Shown here one piece after another: positions 26,601-41,112 of a stretch of 57,957 bases of DNA. The notes below the pieces were generated by a model. It was given only the letters and a program-made list of their open reading frames with translations. It ran no database searches and was not told the origin of the DNA. Every line of letters begins with the position of its first letter. Positions within the stretch are counted from its first letter, which is position 1. A program made the position numbers and the translations under genes. The stretch covers positions 1-57,957 of the forward strand of contig CAJRAX010000006.1 of NCBI GenBank assembly GCA_907165135.1, given 5' to 3'. Origin of the DNA: Oikopleura dioica. Its lineage: Eukaryota; Animalia; Chordata.

Positions 26601-26759
26601 GCTATCAAAAACTGTCGAATTCATTCCATTATTCGATATCTGACTTGCAATTCTACATTCATCGTCCTTTGGGGGAGGATGATCATAAATATACGTGTCT
26701 TTTGACTTTGATTCAAGCTCTTCTGCGAACTCTTTTATCAGACGTGCCCTTTTAGACAT
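23626..26759 (-). CDS. REV3L: DNA polymerase zeta catalytic subunit (family B), compact form of ~900-1000 aa
   Basis: LEPES..VLDFTSLYPS, LKMIANTMYGYTDAGFSGRMP, YGDTDS, LKFEKVYWPCILETKKRYCG, ESKGIENIRRDG, GERIKY; C-terminal CysA (CIAC..CEGC) and CysB (CFNC..CTNLDC). The FSGRMP and DPxxDP motifs favour zeta over delta. Confidence 0.85.
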
Positions 26760-27078
26760 TCTGAAACTTACAATACCAAGTTTATGGTAAAGACCAAAAA
26801 GTGTGCGATCAATTCTTGATCAGACACTGATGTGATATTTTTGGAATAGATTTATTCAAAGAATAGATACAGAAATTTATGTATAGTATAGGCTCTATGA
26901 CGGAAACAGTTATAAACAAAATATCATAGTTTTGGACTTGCGTTGAAATCTTGATACAGAAAGTAAAATTGGTTACATGGACACTATGGCATGAAAGCGG
27001 AGTCTTTCGGATTTTCGTAAAATACAGGTTCTTGAGGTCTACAGAATGAAAAGTCTAGATGGGTAGGTTAAGATTCTA

Positions 27079-29024
<1,946 letters not shown>

Positions 29025-29864
29025 ATGAATTCCTGAAAAGTAAAACTCGTCAAAATACAATCTTTCTCGCGCACAAAGAAGTCAAACAGATGCACAAAAG
29101 CACTCGAAAAGACTTCTAGTCAAATATCAAAAACTTCAAGCTAAATATCATCACTCTCTCTAACAGCCAAAACAATTAGTGGCGAAATCAGGTCACGCCC
29201 AATAAAAGTTCGTTAAATGGTCACAAAAATACCTTTTGTCGGAGGTCAAAGAAGGAGCCAGAAATGATTAAAAATTATAAACTAAAGCTGACGCAGGAGA
29301 AACGCGATATTTTACGTAGCTTCACACATGTAATATTCTCATCGAACTGTGTCTAATGTTAATGCAACGTCTACATTTCTGGACCCTTCCCTAGTTTCGT
29401 ACGATAACGGGCTTAATTCGAAGCTGAAGCTCATCACGATTGCCTGCTCTCTTTCACTAGCAAGTTGGTAGACTGTATGCAAACTGCGTAAAAAGTATTG
29501 AAAGACTAAGTTGCAGCTTTACAGCTATCCGTTTTTGCCTTGCCCTCGAATATTTTTCTACACAATGATCACAACTGATTCTTACATAAGTAGTCTTGCG
29601 ACTTATCACATTTTATTTGTGTCAAGGTAAATTTCGATATATTTGCACTTGTAGAGTATCTTTTGATTTTGACCTGTTATCCACATCAGACATCATCTTA
29701 CTTCATAAAATTTAACCCAAATGTAATCTAATTGCCTCTTGAAGTAAAGAAGACGCTACAGGGAAAACAGCAGATATATCGAAGAACTGAAAGGAAGGGA
29801 CGAATGGTATTGCACTGGAAAATAATGATACAAATAAAAATAGATAGATAGAATTTTGACTAAT

Positions 29865-32629
29865 TTAGGCGATCGCCGATGCAACAACAGCGACTGAAGT
29901 TGGATCTGTTCCACGCACGGTCAATTGCATTTGAACACCGTCCTGAATAATGATAGTTTCTCGAAGCAATTCTTGATTTCTTACCTTGAGAACAAGCTTC
30001 GATCTGACGAGGATCTCATGGCCACCTCTGTAAACACCGCTGAGAATAAGAACATGGTGAACTTTTCCTTCTGGCACTTTGTCACTCCTCTCACATGGCT
30101 ATAAATAATTGAAAACTGTTTTTAAAAAATATCTTGCAAACCTGCATGCCGAGGAATGTGATGATCTGTTTGACAGCTTCTTCAAGAGTGCCGATTTCAG
30201 AAAGATGATAGGTTTCTTCGAGTTCATGCTCGTCACCGACTTCTTCCCAGGAAGCGGGGAAGTTAGGTTTAAGCACTCTCTGATCGAAAAGTGAGCTCGT
30301 AGTTTATAAGAAATGATTTACCTGAATATGATCTCCGACGGAAATTTCGATATCATCAATAACGTATTCATCTGGATAACCGGTTTCATCGACGTCTCCA
30401 GTGTTGGGGTCGCAGTCGTGGACGATGAATTTCATCTGACAGCTCAAGCTGGAAGCGCAAACTTCATCGGCTTCTGGTAGATCCATAATGCAGTAGGTTT
30501 TTCCAGGAGTGCCGTAGACAAGTTCTTCCGTAGAAATGTAGCTTGTGGGTTCGTATCCATCAGCGCCTTCAACCTCGATCGTAAGATCTTTGAGAACTTG
30601 GTCGTTGAGAGTATTGGCGCAGTTGAACTGGAGAACCATGTGGTTGAGGAAGGTGTGCTTGACAACGGAAACTTGGTACTCTGTCTCGGCTTCGGTGAGC
30701 TTCTGCTCAGCGGAGGACTTGAACAGAGGGCCAAGAGCAGCGAATTGAGGGATGCGCGAAAGTTCTTCGGCGTAGATCTCATCACGGCTTGGCTCCTTCT
30801 TTTTAGTAGCAGTAGCTTGCTTCTCGACTTCTTCCTTGACTGCCATGACAGGAACAGTCTTCATATCAAATGGTTCTTCTGGGCAGACTTCGAGGTAACC
30901 AGCAAGTTGTCGCTCTAGTGCTGGGAGAGAAACAACGAGACCGTTGATGATCATCTGAGAGTTGAGCTTATCATCCTTGAGCTTCAGGATATGGTAGTAG
31001 AAAGTTGCTCGGTCTCGAACTTCATCGTCTTCGTCGACCATGGATCTGTGGAGGAGAGTGAGAACGGAGTCTTTATAGAGTTTTTGAGCTGCCGAAAATA
31101 ACGAAATAAATATTCTAGCGCATAAACATTCCTGTAAGCTCTCGGACAGCTCCAAACTTAGCAAGAGCAGAGATCGCAGCAGCTCGAACAACTTCGTTTT
31201 CCAAGATGACTCGGTTATAAATAAACCTGATGAACTTTGAAGGATTAGCACATAGTGGACCCTGGTCGCCCAACAGTGTGATAACTCGAGTAGCGAGAGA
31301 GGTGTGTTCGCAATCTTCGATGAATTCACAAAGCTGCATGAGGCCGAGTTCTTTGGACTCAGGGGACTCGGAAATGATAGTAATGAGGCAGTTAACGATG
31401 GCTTTCTTGTAGTCGAATCCACCATCGTCTCGAAGCATCTTGGAAAGGTACTCCATCATAACAGAGTGTTTTCGTGGGTATTTTGCACAAAGCGCAGAAA
31501 CAGCTTCGACAACGACGATCTTGAATTCGTCTGAGATCTCCGACATGAAATTGGAGATCTGTTTCATGAGGCGCTCAACAGAGGACTCTGATCCAGTCTT
31601 CAGAAGAGTTGTGATAGCAAGAGTGGCGATGGATCGGTTAGAGTCGGTGATAAGGTTCTCCAAGTCCAAATTGCAAGCAGTAACTGCAGATGGGTGCTTC
31701 ATCGCAACCTTATTAAGCGATCGTACACCAGCATATCGAAGGGCTGGCTTTGGAGAGCCACAAAATTGTTGGAGAACTGAAACAGCTGGAGCGATCTCTT
31801 TGTGAGTGATGTTTTTCATGTTGACGATGGCACTTGCGGCTTCATAAACAACCATTTCGTTTTTGTTTCTCAAGCAGGACTCAATAAAATCGAAAAGAGC
31901 TGTTCGATCGTCATCCTCGGCGAGAAGCTTGGCGGCGATTCTGATCAAAAGAGTGTAGGCCAAGGGAGACTTGAGGCCACTTCGGGAGAGCTTGACGACG
32001 AGCTTCTCGATGGCAAGAGGATCTCGTTTTCTCAAGTGGTGAAGGAGACCCAAAGCGTGGTATTGCACCATTTGGTTGTCGGAGCTGCTAGCTTGCTGTG
32101 CTTCATTTGCCCATCGTTTAACGATATCGTAGGCTCTGTCACAGAGATGGAAAGAAGAAATGAGTGCGGCGGATGCAACAGCTGTGTTCTTATCAACAAT
32201 AGCTTGCTTCATGTATCTTTCGATCGACTGAAGAGTAGTGGGATCTGTAATCGAGCAAAGAGCTCGGACAGCACCTGGTCGGAAAAGATCTTGACTGCCG
32301 TTCATATCTTTGGTCAGCGACTGGGTCATGATAAAAGCGTGTTCGGTCATTTTAGAGAGCTCTTTGATAGTCAAATAGCACATACGACGGAGAGTGATAT
32401 CGTTATTTTGGAAGAGTTTGGTCATGGCAAAGAAAAAGTCGGTTGCTTCTGTTGTAGTGAATTCTTCACCTTGGTTTGCAAGATAGATAACCTTGGTGCA
32501 AGTCTCCGAGCAGAGTCTTGGTCGGAGTGGGGTTTCGTGGAACTTTTTAGCTTCCTGGAGTGCGGTTGAGCGGTCAACATTTTGAAAGGGGTTTCCCGCC
32601 TCCTCGTCTTTTTTACCCATTTTATGCAT
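29865..32629 (-). CDS. COPG: Coatomer subunit gamma
   Basis: [57 protein letters not shown], appendage TEAETEYQV and [22 protein letters not shown]. Confidence 0.96.
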
Positions 32630-32922
32630 TTTTTACTTTTTTCTGAAATACAAAACTGAAGAGGTGTTTATGAAAGGCAAGGATTGAAGTTTTGTGCTAC
32701 AAATCAGAATTTTGGACACTAAACAAAACATGAACACGAATAAATGGAAATAGTAAAAAGAAAGGTAAAATCACGTTGAAGGAAAATATAAAACCGGGAA
32801 ATAGCCATGATTAGAAAACAGGCTCGTGAAAGAAAGGAAACTACAAAGGATTATAATTTCATAAATTGGTGCTTGGAAGAAAATAGGTAAAAACGCGACG
32901 AGCAGCTGATTATTGCGCTCTC

Positions 32923-33273
32923 AGGTGGACTTTCAATTTAATCTGCCAAGGGTGGACCTTAATTTCCACCTGATTGTCCCAATCTAGTACTTTAACACCT
33001 TTTTAGAATCCTCTCGACGAGATATTTTTATTTATCGAGCAAAAAATTAAAAAACTAGAATCGTTTGGAACTTATAGGGACTTGAAAAATGCATTAGAAA
33101 TCACAAAAACCGATAAAAATCCGATAAAAAGTCCGAAATTCAAAAATCGGCTTCCATATGGGAAAAGAGCAGCTAAAGACGATTCTAAAAAGGTATGATA
33201 CTTGGGGGGTCTAATGGAAACTTTTTCCGGAAATCGAAAAGCAAATCTGGCAGATTAAATTGAAAGTCCACCT
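32923..33273. mobile_element. 351-bp element bounded by a perfect 26-bp inverted repeat (MITE-like)
   Basis: aggtggactttcaatttaatctgcca (32923-32948) versus tggcagattaaattgaaagtccacct (33248-33273); a partial further copy caggtggacttt at ~33346. No TSD identified. Confidence 0.65.
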
Positions 33274-33519
33274 CAGGATTCCTTTAGAAATTATCTGTCA
33301 AGATGCTTTATAAAAAGATATAGGTACAAGTACTATTTAAAAACAGGTGGACTTTGCGATATAATAAAGTTTATGGACAAAAATGGAACTGTGCACTGAG
33401 TTGAAGAAGACAGGAAATCGCTATTTACAAAGAAGCAGTTATTTTTTCAGTTCGGGACTCGTTGATTAATCTTCTTTCGGACTAAAGAAAAATATAAAAT
33501 TTTGTTGCCGTAGTAAACT

Positions 33520-34869
33520 TTACTTTTTGTGATGAAGAGCTTGGAAAACGGCCATCTCTAGCTTTTCTACACCCCCGTTTGCTCTGAGAGCGAATATATA
33601 GAAGACAATGGAGCCGAGTCCGTACCACTTGAGCATATGGCTCACAATGAGGCCATAAGAGCAAACAACACTGAAACATTGTGTCACTACTGAAATGACT
33701 CAAAGCTTGATCTTACGTGAAAGAGGGCCAGAAAACAAGAGCGATCCAAATGCTAATCGTCCTTTTATCCCAGTACGGTTGGCGAGTATCGTTGAATTTT
33801 CGATCGACTGTGTAAAATTTTTTTAGTTTCTCTTCTTTCAATCGCCATTTTTCGTTGAGCCAAGTGGACATTTGATCCTGGTCCGATGTTGGCAGAGTGT
33901 CGACCGGATGACGCGTGATAGAGAAATGGACTGAAATCAGTCAAAATCTTAGCCAAGTTTTACTAAATACCTTCTTTAGGCATTTTGCCGTCGATAAGGT
34001 CGTTTTCATCTCTTATCAACCCGGCTGGATATCCAACAGTGATATCATGAATAGAATCGATGGCATTAGCTTCCGTCAGCTGTTTTACCAAGTGCGTGAA
34101 CCCAGTAGTTCTATTATCAATAGTTATTTAACCGAAAAGGCGAGTTTATTACCTTGGATGAAGAACGTAATCGTACTTTGGAAGTCCTTGCTTATCAGCG
34201 AACTTGTCACTCCTTGACTTCGTGTTCTCTGTCAAGTCAGTTCCTTCAGGAAACATAAGCAAAATAAGTGGCTCGTTGATGTCCGGATCATTGAAGTAAT
34301 GAAGTAAATCTTCAACATGTGGTCGATCTCTTTCCCACTTTCGGTCAAGGAAAATAAAACCCGCCGCCTGCATCGCCCTGGGGAAAGACGCGTCATTATT
34401 GTTAATAAGTGATAAAAGACTAACCATCCTGGGCCAGGGATGTACTTCAAGTCGGACTTTAGAACGATCTTCAACTTTCGCAATCGGGCACAGTGAAACA
34501 GACAGGGCCAAAAGAGCATCCAATCCACACGAGTTCGATGATTGAGAATGATGACAGTTCGTTCCATGTAGTTGAACCCATCGCCTTTGACAAAAAACTG
34601 GACACGAAAGACCTTTTCGAGCAAGGCTTAATAACAAGATTATTATAGGATGAAAAGTCGAACTCACCAATGGGAAAAATTAGCCAAAACGCAACGATCC
34701 GATCAACAACTCTTCTGTACAACCAGGGCCAAATATAAATTAACGCAAAACATGGGCCAAGTAGAAATATTGCACCATAAAATGAAGTTATGAAGATCAG
34801 AAAGCAGAAGAGCGCACCACCAACTCGACCTAGAGGTCTGTGTTCTACGTCCACACTCTCATTTTTCAT
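33520..34869 (-). CDS. LCLAT1: Lysocardiolipin acyltransferase-like (PlsC family)
   Basis: LNHRTRVDW, LKSDLKYIPGPGWAMQ..FIFLDRKWERD, FPEGTDLTENTKSRS..YVLHPRTTGF; hydrophobic N- and C-terminal segments; ends HHKK*. Confidence 0.85.
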
Positions 34870-35045
34870 CTGAACGTGAAAAGAAGTCACTTTAGTTGTG
34901 AAAACTATGATAGTTTTTTTTCGATTGTTTTTATAGAAAATGTTGAAGAGACGAGACAGAGTGAGAATAATGACAGAATACAGACTAGCTCTCTCCATAA
35001 AGAATCTAAAAAATCCGCGTTAGTGTCCGATTGTTCATGTCAGTT

Positions 35046-36009
35046 TTAAGTCTGATAAATGTTTACGACCACAATCACGTCGTAAAAGATACATACGTTA
35101 CTTACGACGCCTGCCGATAACGCTAAAAGGGTGATCATCGCGAAAATTGCCAAGTTTGAGAGTCCCTGTTCTTGCTTGACAGCGGCCCTTAAATCCGCTG
35201 TGGCATTTGTTGCTTCCTTGGTTGTTTCTTCTGACTCTTTCTCTGGCTTTGGTATTGGCTTTGTCTGCGCTCTTCTCTTTTCAAGTTTTGAATTTATCTC
35301 TTCGACAAGCTCGGGGAACAACTCGCAGAACTTTTCGTTACGCAAGTTTTCTGCGCCTGAATCTCTTGCTAATCGCTGGCGGACTGCGTTGGGGGTTTCG
35401 ATGGATCCATATGTTGTTGCTTCCTCGACCATAAATGAAAGAAGCCCATTTAAAATTGTTCCGACTGACCAGGCTGGATTCCAGCTATCTGGGTGAAAAT
35501 CTGATATGGAAAGGCTACAAATTTTTGTTGCAATCAAGGAAGAGAATACAAAGTTACCATAGTCTCTGATTTATTTTGAAACGGCCGTTGGGAGTCATCA
35601 TCAGGATTGAAGGAGGTTTGAATGGAAATTCTGGCGGGAATTGAAGTTTCCCGTGAAAATAGCCTCCTTCGTAGGCAGTATGCGGCGGCCCGATTACACA
35701 GTAATGCCATACTAACATATTTGCCGGGTCGGGCTGAAGTACTCATTTGGTCTCTTTCGTTTATTTTACGGTATTATTGCAAACACGCCTCTGACAAGAT
35801 TTCCTTCCTGCGAAGGACATAAAAACAAAAAGCTTAGTTTTATTTCATTATTATCTCTTTCTCATAGAATAGGATGTGGATCCTAGCGCGTATAAAAGCC
35901 AACTCACCTCTGCATGAATCAAAGGAATTGGGTCTTTCTTTAGTCGTGCATAATCGTTCTTCAGGCGATTCAACGCGCTCACATGTCCTTGGCGTCTTTG
36001 GGCCGCCAT
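35046..36009 (-). CDS. UBE2J2: Ubc6/UBE2J2-like ubiquitin-conjugating enzyme with C-terminal membrane anchor
   Basis: RLKNDYARLKKDP, WHY..GP..TAYEGGYFHGKL.FP.EFPFKPPSI.MMTPNGRF..RLCLSISDFHPDSWNPAWSV; hydrophobic tail LAIFAMITLLALSAGV. Confidence 0.88.
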
Positions 36010-36496
36010 TTATCTTCAAAGTATAAAATCATTTTAGCTAAATTTCAAGACAGAACTATTGATCATTGAAAGCGAAGTAGTCCAGTTTGTTTAGATAGAT
36101 AATAATCACAAATTTATTGTCCGATTAGGTGAATAGCGTTTCTGGTGGCAGAGTTTTCAATCACAATGAATTAACAACTTGTTTTCAATTTGTTTTTCAG
36201 TTGTTTTCAATTACACGAGATGAGGTTTCAATCATAGAGGGAAGAAAAGAAGTTTAATATGAAGCACTAAAAGGAGTCTGAACGCGGATGTGATAATACT
36301 GCTTGAGCATTAGGTTTTTCCTGAAGAGTTAAGCGTTTTTTCAATGAATTGTAGTTCGTATTTAGAGTGACTAAATAGAGTGATTAAATTTTAGAGTTAT
36401 TTCGTTACAGTCACACGCACGTCCAGATAAAGTGGAAAGGGATCAGTATAAAAGCGAAATGGGAACATTATTGAGCTGGATGATTGTCAGGATTGT

Positions 36497-37016
36497 TTAC
36501 ATTCGTTCTAGAAGATAGGGGAAGAGCTTGCAGAACTTTTCGTTCCGTTTGTTGAAGGCACCAGATTCCCTGGCCATCTTCTTTCGTTCACTTTTGGATT
36601 CTTGCATGCCCCCGATGGCGTTGGGGCATTCCTCAGTCATGAAAGAGAGGAGTCCAACTAGCACTGTTGAAATGGTTTGCGTCGATTGCCAGGACTCGGG
36701 ATGGAAGTCGGAGAACGAAGTGCTAGAATTGAGTAATAAATCAGTCGCTCTTCAATGTACCAAATTCGAGTGTTTTGCTTGTATCGTCCATTTGGCGTGT
36801 ACATATAGATTGCAGGCGGCTTGAAAGGGTACTCGTTGGGGAACTTCAAAACACCATGATAGAAGCCGCCTTCGTACGGAGTATCTTTCGGTCCCTCGAA
36901 GCAATAGTGCCACTCTTGGATGTTCGCTGGATCTGGTTCAGTCCAGATCAAGTCAAGTGGTTTTTCTTCAACTGCTTCACCTCTTTTGCCAGTCGCTTTC
37001 GAGCAGCGTCTGCCAT
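36497..37016 (-). CDS. Second Ubc6/UBE2J-like E2 lacking the membrane anchor; frameshift at 36961-36965
   Basis: MADAARKRLAKE.., WHYCFEGPKDTPYEGGFYHG..FKPPAI.MYTPNGRY..RIC|TSFSDFHPESW. The intron splits the catalytic Cys codon as in the neighbouring paralog. Stops at LFPYLLERM*. Confidence 0.75.
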
Positions 37017-37379
37017 TCTATGGAAAGAAATATTTTTATATAACGTTGGATATCAAAATATATACAGAGTAAAATATCATCATGTCTTTAGCCTAAAGAC
37101 TTTAGGTTGAATTTAGCTACAAAAAGTTATCTCGATCTTATTAAAGACTTCTACTTCTCTGAATTATGTTATAAAATTTTAATTACAATTTTTGGTAAGG
37201 AAAAAGATGGATTAAATTGGCTTCTCTTGGTGACGATATAAATAACTTATTCACTAAATCAATAAATGAAATATCTGGACCAGTGATTGAACAAGCTCTC
37301 TCGATTTTTCGTTCGCTGGTTGGGACATTTCGCGAAAAAGTGTCACCATTCCTTCGATATCTCGCGCGGCAGTGCTCTT

Positions 37380-39600
37380 TTACCATTTTCCAAACGTCTC
37401 TGGTTCAGCGACCTTTACTTCACCAAGTAAAATAGGCTCAGATTTTCTTTCCGTTCGCCGCAGTTCTGCTTGAATGTCTCGATCGAGTTTTGAATTTTCC
37501 CATTGTTTTTTCTTTGAGATTTCACGGTGCTTATCGACGTCCTGCAGAAGCTGATCATAGGCGCTTGAGTGAGGACCGCTGCGTCGTCCCATGGGGCGGT
37601 CGATTCTTCCTTCGTCAAATCGCGGAACGTTCCGAGTTGAATTTGGGCGACTATCACGCGACGACAGATGATCTCGTTGACCTCCACGGGAGTAATCGCC
37701 TTGTGTCCTGTCGTTTTCTCGTCTTCTTTGACCAGTGTTCGAGCTTGTATAAGAGGAAGGCCCTCGACGAGGATTTGGAGCACTTCCATATCGAGGACGA
37801 TTTTCTTCTTCGTATGATTCCCGCCGCGGTGGATCACGAGAAAATCCGGGGCCGCCGCGGGAAGAAAATCCATTCCCTCTTCCTCGTCCAAAATCGCCTC
37901 TTGATGGCGGCCTTCCTCCTCTGAAAGAATCACCTCTCAAATTTGGGTGGCCTCTTTGAGGGAGTCCTCCTCGATTAGAAAATGGCATTCCACGATGATT
38001 GACGGGCGGAACTCCTCGTAAAGGCGGCCCACCGCGGTTGGGAAAACCTCGCGAATTATTTCCACGGAAAGTGAATCCACCTTGACTTGTTCCTCCACTT
38101 GTATTGGATCCTCCACCGCGTCCACGAATGTCGAATCGAATACCTCCCCTTCCCAGCGGTGCTCCTCGTCCTCGATCAACGAATCCCCTTGATGGTGGAC
38201 CTCCGCCTCGTTGATTGTAATTAAATGGAATCGACGTATGAAACTTTTTTGGCTCATTCTTTTTGCTTGCGTCTTCCTTCTCATCATAAACTCTCTGGAA
38301 TCGAATACCGCTGAGCTTTTTGAAGTGAGCAGTTGATCTTCCAGGCGCTTCGATCGCCTTTAAATTTTCCTGGGCTTTCTTTAGTTCAAGGTTAGCGTTG
38401 TGTTTTGTTGATGCGAGCCATTGCTGCAAATGGCTCAGACTTGAGTTTGAAAGACCAGAACCAGCAGGTTTGAGTTGATCTTCTGGAAGTGCCACCGCCG
38501 TATGCGGTAGATCTGAGTACTCTCCTGACTTTCCACTCGCATTTCGAACTCTTGCAAGGGCAATTGACTTTTCTGGAGATTCTTCAGAGCTCTTCTCCTC
38601 AGGCCGTTTTTTCTTTGGAGCAGATGGGTCTGTCAGACCGTCATTGTCATCCTGATCAATCTGTTCTGAGCTTTGGCCTAGTGATTTGGAGAAATTTATC
38701 TTCATTTGAATCTTGAAATAGTAACATTTGAAACTGAAACGTTAAAATGTGTTTTTACCTTTGGCTTTGCAGGCTGAGTTTTAGAAAAGTCTGGAAGTGT
38801 TTCTGTATCATTCAAGGTAACTCCAGCAGCTGGCGGTGCAGTAGATTCATAGGCTTCAAATGCTTCATGAGTTTGGTAAGTAAACGCTTCTTGGTTTTGG
38901 ATTTTTGTTGTCGTTCTTCTTCCTTTCGCTTGAGTCGTTCTTTCTCTTTTTGAACCCTAACTTCTTCTAATTTTTTCATTTTTTCTTCGAGGTCTGCAAG
39001 ATCAATGACTGATGCAGCTTTTGATGTTTCGGGTCGCTTACGTTTCCGCTGCTAAAGAACAGGTTTATATCTTTTACGTAAGACCAATTTACCTCATGGA
39101 GATCTCGTTTAATTGCCAACAGATTTTCTTTCTTCGCTTTTCGCTCTTTATATTTCTCGCGAATAAATCTCCATAGCCCGTCTTTCGTGTGGTACGCATT
39201 ACAATGACGTACTTTTGCATCGGTCCAATAATCGCATTTTGATGCCCTGAAAGAAATGTAGAATGACAAACCAGCTTTTTCTCTCACTCAATGTCGCAAA
39301 TGTAGCAGAAGCATTTTTCGCAGAACTTTTCATTCTTCGCGATGACTTTTTCTCCTTGAACGTTTTTCTGAATGGATGAATCGGACAACCGCCACGGGGG
39401 TGAATGAGAATGTCGGCTTCCTTCACCACTGTTCCCGTCGTTATAATATCTTCGTCATCATCTGAATCTTGCTCATCTGAGTCTTCGTCCGAGTCTTTCA
39501 AATCTACTGATTTCTGTGGCTCAACAGTCGATTCTTTTTCTAAGCGCGCTTCTTTGATGACTTCCATTTCCAGCTCATTATCCGAATTCGAATTTGCCAT
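37380..39600 (-). CDS. Uncharacterised protein: acidic N-terminus, Cys/His-rich putative metal-binding motif, coiled coil, long RGG region; two frameshifts
   Basis: HPRGGCPIHPF..NEKFCEKCFCYICDIEASKCDYW..HCNAYH once the A5 shift is corrected; ORF 37380-38705 is rich in RGG/RG repeats. GT-AG introns are in phase after correction. Confidence 0.65.
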
Positions 39601-39678
39601 TTTACACAGAAATTCTGAACAATTTTCATGATTTAACTCAATATCTAACTTTTATGGGCCAATAAATTATGGCGCTTT

Positions 39679-40738
39679 TTATACAGATTTTTCAGTTTCT
39701 TCTTCGTCGACCACCCCGCTTTCGTGCTCTTCAACTTTGTCTATTTTTCCCTTTTTTGGTTGTTTTTCTTTCTTTAGCTTTTCTTCCCATTCTCTTCTGC
39801 TTTGGAGCTACGAAAATATTGACGGAATTTGATACAAAACAACTCAATTATCTTCAAATATGGTGAGGCTTCTTCGAGACTTACGTATATTCTCAATGCA
39901 GCTCGCGCATCAACAATAGGAGAATGCTCCCCTGTCTGGATTTTTATCCCAAGCCTTTCAGAAGCTAATGTTTGGAGACTTTGCTTCGATCCTTTCGCAT
40001 TTTTGAAATAATTAGCTGTTCATGATTATTTTCTAATTTCTCAATTAAAACATCAATAGAAATTTTTCCATCTGCTTATAAATCATTTCCTGTATCTCTT
40101 ATATCTGATGCAGGATGATTTATCTTTAAGCACTTCAAGTCGTTTGAAAGACCGTGGCCAACAAGAATCTTTCCAGCGAGAGCTTCTTTTACTTTCTTTC
40201 TCAATGATTCAAATGGCTGCGCGTCCTTGAGGTCCTTGGGCCGTACTCCTGATACAAGTGTTCTGTAGTCTGTCACTTTCTCCGGCGCCCGACAAAACTC
40301 GTCTGAACACGACATGTGATTGATGGGATCTGATACTAGTAGACTAATGATTGCGCCTATTTATCAAAACAATATTATTGTCTAAAGATGGCAGACTCTT
40401 TCGAAATCAGCCTAATTGAAATTACCTATAAGCACTTCCCCGTCGCCCGAAACAACACTCGCTCTTGCCAAGACCGATTTCTTCCCGCCAAAGCCGATCC
40501 CCACCATTTCACAATCAATCGCAACAATTTTGTTCTTCAAACTTGAAGCCTTCCCTTTCGAAGGCATCAAAGCATCATGCTGCTCTAAAATCGACTTGTC
40601 GACGTCGAACCAAATGGTCTTTTTGCCATCTTTTGTTTTCTTCTCATAGTTCACTTGTTCTTTCTTTTTCTTGTTATGTGTGACTGCTCCTGACTGTAAT
40701 AATGCCTTCCAATTTTTATCGATAGCCCGTTTTGTCAT
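39679..40738 (-). CDS. REXO4: RNA exonuclease 4-like DEDDh exonuclease
   Basis: IVAIDCEMVGIG..LARASVV, VTDYRTLVSGVRP, GKILVGHGLSNDLK, IRDT, EHSPIVDARAALRIY; N-terminal NWKAL. Confidence 0.9.
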
Positions 40739-41112
40739 TTATTATTTTTTCTGTTCTGAAATATCCGATTTTAATCCCGAGTTTTCTCTCTTTTTCAATG
40801 AGTCACGCCGCAGGGCAAAGCGAATTCTCCCCGATAAATATGACTCATCGATAGACAAATGTTTTTTTATAAAATTTATTCTTGAAGATGAAAAACTAAC
40901 TAAATGCAGAATTTGAAGTGATTAATTTACAGTGACGAATTGGACATTTGGAGCAAGGAGTAAATGATGGCTGAAAATGAATACGGGTCATTGAGTTCTG
41001 ATAAATACTTTGGTAAGTTGATTTTTTATAAAGAAGCAGGTAACACCAGATTTGAATTTGAAAGTCTAGTTGTTGGTAAGAAAGGGCTTTATTAATTGGG
41101 TAAGTTAGGTAG

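Noticed and set aside
23626-26759. Calling the polymerase POLD1 or a Polinton/viral PolB
   Set aside because: Exonuclease acidic residues are absent and the FSGRMP/EPES motifs are zeta-type. It has spliceosomal introns and no integrase or capsid neighbours.
31802-32569. 255-aa plus-strand ORF antisense to COPG (likewise 49495-50184 antisense to tubulin)
   Set aside because: Expected antisense shadows of highly expressed genes with biased codon use.
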